Positions 61,002 through 64,000 of a DNA stretch of 64,000 nucleotides are shown here, in pieces. The notes under the pieces were generated by a model. That model saw nothing but the letters and a program-made list of their open reading frames with translations, had not been told where the DNA came from and did no database searches. Each line of letters begins with the position of its first letter. Positions within the stretch are counted from its first letter, which is position 1. This stretch comes from an uncultured Candidatus Actinomarina sp. (GTDB lineage Bacteria; Actinomycetota; Acidimicrobiia; Actinomarinales; Actinomarinaceae): positions 17,515 to 81,514 of the forward strand of contig CACKZW010000002.1 in assembly GCA_902604835.1 (NCBI GenBank), written 5' to 3'. Made by a program: the position numbers and the translations under genes.

Positions 61002-62084
61002 ATGGATAGAGGTTACGTGTACGTAAATAAGGCAAATTATTTACACAACATAGAAGTATTAAAAAAACTATCAAATAAAGAACTTTGTTTAGTTGTCAAA
61101 GCCAATGGTTATGGTCATGGCATTGAATGGACTGTCAAAACAGCTATGGAAGCTGGAATTAAATGGTTTGCGGTAGCAGCTATTAGTGAAGCAATAAAAG
61201 TACGTGCTCAATCTGATGAACTTAGAGTATTGTTACTTACCGAGCCATCGCTTGATGAGTTAGATAATATAGAACGACATAATATTGACTTAACAGTCTA
61301 CAATGATTTTTTTATCGATGGTTTAGAAAAATCTGGTAAAGAATTTAGCACCCATATAAAAATAGATACTGGTATGCACAGGGTTGGTTGCGAGCCAGAA
61401 GATTTTAAAAATCTTTACAACAAAATAAAAAAGTCTAAAACCATAAATCTAGCTGGTATATGCACCCATTTTCCATTAGCTGATGAAGAAATAGAACCAA
61501 CACAAGAATCAATCGAATTATTTAAAGAAACAATTAAAGATATAGATTTAGATGATTTACTAATACACGTAGATAATTCTGGATCATCATTTTATAATTT
61601 TGATCCAACATTTAATTTATCAAGAGTTGGTCTGACAGTTTACGGGTGTAACATAACACCGGCTGAAGTAAATCAAGATTTTAAACCAACGATGGCTATA
61701 AAAACAAGAATATCAAATATTAACTACAGAAAAAAGGGAGAAGCAGTTTCTTATGGAAAAGCTTTGACTTTAGAAAGAGATACAACTGTAGGAGTATCTC
61801 CTGTTGGATACGGCGACGGGTATCCGTGGAGTACATTTCCTGATGGGAAAGTTATAGTTAACAACACATACTGTAATTTGATAGGAAGAGTTACTATGGA
61901 CCAAATTCTCTATGACATTACAGATGTTGAAGCAAATATAAATGATGAAGTTGTTCTTTTGGGAAGTTCAGAGAACAATGAACTTGAAATTACAGTCTTC
62001 GATATTGCAAAATGGAATAATACTATTGAATGGGAAATCCTTACAAATATTAATGAACGACTTGAAAGGGTTGAAATTGAATGA
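61002..62084 (+). CDS. alr: Alanine racemase
   Basis: VVKANGYGHG, HIKIDTGMHRVG, GYGDGY, GRVTMDQ; TAGAAT-7nt-ATG. Confidence 0.97.
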   Translation: MDRGYVYVNKANYLHNIEVLKKLSNKELCLVVKANGYGHGIEWTVKTAMEAGIKWFAVAAISEAIKVRAQSDELRVLLLTEPSLDELDNIERHNIDLTVYNDFFIDGLEKSGKEFSTHIKIDTGMHRVGCEPEDFKNLYNKIKKSKTINLAGICTHFPLADEEIEPTQESIELFKETIKDIDLDDLLIHVDNSGSSFYNFDPTFNLSRVGLTVYGCNITPAEVNQDFKPTMAIKTRISNINYRKKGEAVSYGKALTLERDTTVGVSPVGYGDGYPWSTFPDGKVIVNNTYCNLIGRVTMDQILYDITDVEANINDEVVLLGSSENNELEITVFDIAKWNNTIEWEILTNINERLERVEIE

Positions 62085-62481
62085 GATCGAGCTTAAAGAA
62101 TCAGCTTTAGATGAATTTGCAAAAGACTTCGTAACAAAATTATCAATTCCTTCAGTAGTTGGATTTAACGGAAGCTTGGGGGCTGGTAAAACTACAATAA
62201 TAAAAAAGATAATTTATCACCTTGGAATCGAAGATAATGTAACTTCACCAACATTTAATATTGTAAAAAATTATCTTAAAGAAGATTTAAGTATTTACCA
62301 TGTTGATCTCTACAGACTTTCATCCTTCCAAGAATTTATTGACCTTGATCTTCCTTTGTTTGAAGAAAAAACCCTTTTTTTTGTTGAATGGTCAAATCAA
62401 CTTCCTAATACAAACCTCAATAATTGGACAATTGTTGATATTGATATCATTGATGATTCAAGAAGAAAGATAAGGTTTTAA
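62077..62481 (+). CDS. tsaE: tRNA t6A biosynthesis ATPase TsaE
   Basis: G.LGAGKTT, VTSPTFNI, YHVDLYRL, VEW; TTG start at 62077 preferred. Confidence 0.93.
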   Translation: MNEIELKESALDEFAKDFVTKLSIPSVVGFNGSLGAGKTTIIKKIIYHLGIEDNVTSPTFNIVKNYLKEDLSIYHVDLYRLSSFQEFIDLDLPLFEEKTLFFVEWSNQLPNTNLNNWTIVDIDIIDDSRRKIRF

Positions 62482-62482
62482 A

Positions 62483-63178
62483 TTGTATAAATTAGCAATT
62501 TCTACATCAGGTGAATATGTTTCTGCAGCAATTTTTGAAGATAAATTACTTTCTAGTTTTGTTTCAAAAACTAACAGGGGCTCAACTGGAATACTACTCA
62601 ATCAAATAAATGAATTATTTGATAAAACAAAGGCAAACAGAAAAGATCTTAGCGCACTTTATCTTGATGTAGGACCAGGATATTACACTGGACTAAGAAT
62701 CGGCTTATCAGTTTCTCAAGGACTTGGTGCAGTTTTAGGCATCCCTATAATTCCAGTAAATGGTCTCGATGCTCTTGCATTTGCAGCACATACAAGTCAT
62801 AGAAAGATATGCTCGTTGATTGATATTAAACGAAGTGAGTTTGCTTATTGCGAATATATGCCTGTTCCAGGTGGAGTAACACGAGAGTCAGATCCTCAAG
62901 TTATTTCAGTTGAAAGATTAGAAATTAAACTTTCTGATGATGTTGATAAAAAATTATTAGTAGGTAATTGGGATCTCATAGAAAATAAAAAAATTCTTAC
63001 AGATAGTAACACTAAATTAGCTGAGCCAAGATTTGTGACTGCTGAAAATATTTACAACGTTGGTGAAAAAATAAAAGACTATCCCAACTTTAATAAAATA
63101 AACCTTGAATATATGAGAGAACCCGATGTGACATTATCAAAAGATAGTTTGAGTGGAGATGTGAAGCTTTATGATTAA
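62483..63178 (+). CDS. tsaB: tRNA t6A biosynthesis protein TsaB
   Basis: DVGPGYYTGLRIGLS..QGL, ..LDALA, ID.KR.E. Confidence 0.92.
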   Translation: MYKLAISTSGEYVSAAIFEDKLLSSFVSKTNRGSTGILLNQINELFDKTKANRKDLSALYLDVGPGYYTGLRIGLSVSQGLGAVLGIPIIPVNGLDALAFAAHTSHRKICSLIDIKRSEFAYCEYMPVPGGVTRESDPQVISVERLEIKLSDDVDKKLLVGNWDLIENKKILTDSNTKLAEPRFVTAENIYNVGEKIKDYPNFNKINLEYMREPDVTLSKDSLSGDVKLYD

Positions 63179-63617
63179 AAGTTTAGAATTTTGTTCATCT
63201 GAGACAGCCCTTAAGTTATCAAATTTAGAGCAAAAATTATTTTCTATGTCATGGGATGCCAGCATTATTGAGCAAAAAATTAATGACAAAAGTTTTAAGT
63301 ATTGGATTTATGAAGATGAAAACGAAATCATTGGATATTTAGGTATCCAATTTATTCACCACGATATTGAGATTCTAGGAATTGGTGTATTGGAAGAATA
63401 TAGAAAAAAAGGAGTAGCAACTGAACTAATGGATTTATTAATAGACTATTTTGAAACTTCGAAATATGAAAAAATTATCTTAGAAGTAAGAGAATCAAAC
63501 ACATCCGCTCAAAGTTTATATAAAAAATACAATTTTAAATATTTTGGTAAAAGAAAAAAATATTATGTCACAGAAGATGCTGATATTTTTATAAGGGAAA
63601 AAGTATATGCAGAATGA
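63171..63617 (+). CDS. rimI: Ribosomal-protein-alanine N-acetyltransferase (GNAT)
   Basis: IGV..EYR.KG.A, LEVRESN..A..LY.K..F...G.RK.YY; located between tsaB and tsaD. Confidence 0.9.
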   Translation: MIKSLEFCSSETALKLSNLEQKLFSMSWDASIIEQKINDKSFKYWIYEDENEIIGYLGIQFIHHDIEILGIGVLEEYRKKGVATELMDLLIDYFETSKYEKIILEVRESNTSAQSLYKKYNFKYFGKRKKYYVTEDADIFIREKVYAE

Positions 63618-64000
63618 ACAACTCATATTAGGGTTTGAAACAAGCTGTGATGAGACGGCCATAGCTTTAATGAAGGGTGATGACTTGTTGATAAACAAAA
63701 TTTCATCACAGGTCGAAATTCATGAAAAATTTGGTGGTGTAGTTCCTGAAGTAGCATCTAGAGCACATGCTGAAATGATAAGAAATCTTTTTCATTCATC
63801 AATAAATGAATGTGGGATTGATATAGGTGAAATTGATATTGTAGCAAGCACTGATGGTCCAGGTTTATCAGGCAGTCTTGTGGTGGGCTATAATTTTGCA
63901 AAATCAGTAGCATGGGCCCTTCAGAAGCCCTTTTATGCAGTAGATCATATGGTTGGTCATCTTAGTGCACCTCTAATTGAGCATCCGAACATGGACCCGC
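63607..64000 (+). CDS. tsaD: tRNA t6A transferase TsaD, 3' end truncated (absent from the ORF track)
   Basis: Manual translation ILGFETSCDET, H..FGGVVPEVASRAH, GPGL.GSL.VG, DHMVGHL. Confidence 0.96.
   Translation, partial: MQNEQLILGFETSCDETAIALMKGDDLLINKISSQVEIHEKFGGVVPEVASRAHAEMIRNLFHSSINECGIDIGEIDIVASTDGPGLSGSLVVGYNFAKSVAWALQKPFYAVDHMVGHLSAPLIEHPNMDP

Noticed and set aside
61942-62076. Long TsaE N-terminal extension in the ORF track
   Set aside because: Overlaps alr by about 140 nt with no TsaE similarity; TTG at 62077 follows a purine-rich SD.
4560-63698. Numerous 60-160 aa antisense or alternate-frame ORFs inside conserved genes
   Set aside because: Typical shadow ORFs with no motifs, fully nested in well-supported genes.
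1-64000. CRISPR arrays, IS elements, integrases, prophage, rRNA or defence systems
   Set aside because: No spaced direct repeats, transposase/integrase motifs or rRNA-like sequence seen; almost all bases are accounted for by the listed genes.

Overview
A gene-dense, AT-rich (roughly one third GC by eye) chromosomal segment of a streamlined actinobacterium. The RpoC lineage-specific coiled-coil insertion, the RpoA C-terminus, the glmM-glmS-alr-tsaE-tsaB-rimI-tsaD order and a heliorhodopsin point to marine Acidimicrobiia / Ca. Actinomarinales; this placement is inferred, not database-checked. From left to right: (1) thymidine kinase, then an iron/heme locus with YbaN, a DtxR-family regulator with altered metal ligands, two unannotated divergent Cys-Pro micro-ORFs, a Gram-negative-type ferrochelatase with an internal Cys cluster, and a FutABC Fe3+ ABC transporter. 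A shared TGTTAA-N6-TTAACA palindrome lies upstream of both the regulator and futA. (2) A heliorhodopsin with a divergent small coiled-coil gene and an alkaline-phosphatase-family gene. (3) An 11-subunit complex I operon (nuoABCDHIJKLMN, no nuoEFG) followed by a MidA/NDUFAF7 methyltransferase, htpX, a rhodanese, a PfkB kinase and two membrane proteins. (4) tRNA-Tyr/Thr/Met, rpmG, an inserted ECF sigma/ZAS anti-sigma pair, tRNA-Trp, secE-nusG-rplKAJL-rpoBC, then the str, S10, spc and alpha operons, truA, rplM-rpsI and glmM. (5) A glmS ribozyme, glmS, alr, tsaEB, rimI and a partial tsaD. There is no rRNA, CRISPR array or mobile element. The most striking observations are the loss of structural Zn ligands in five proteins (including the normally invariant second Zn site of RNA polymerase beta-prime), the iron/heme module with its micro-ORFs, a compact glmS ribozyme, a probable ATT start for nuoN, and a tRNA-Trp that overlaps an anti-sigma stop codon.
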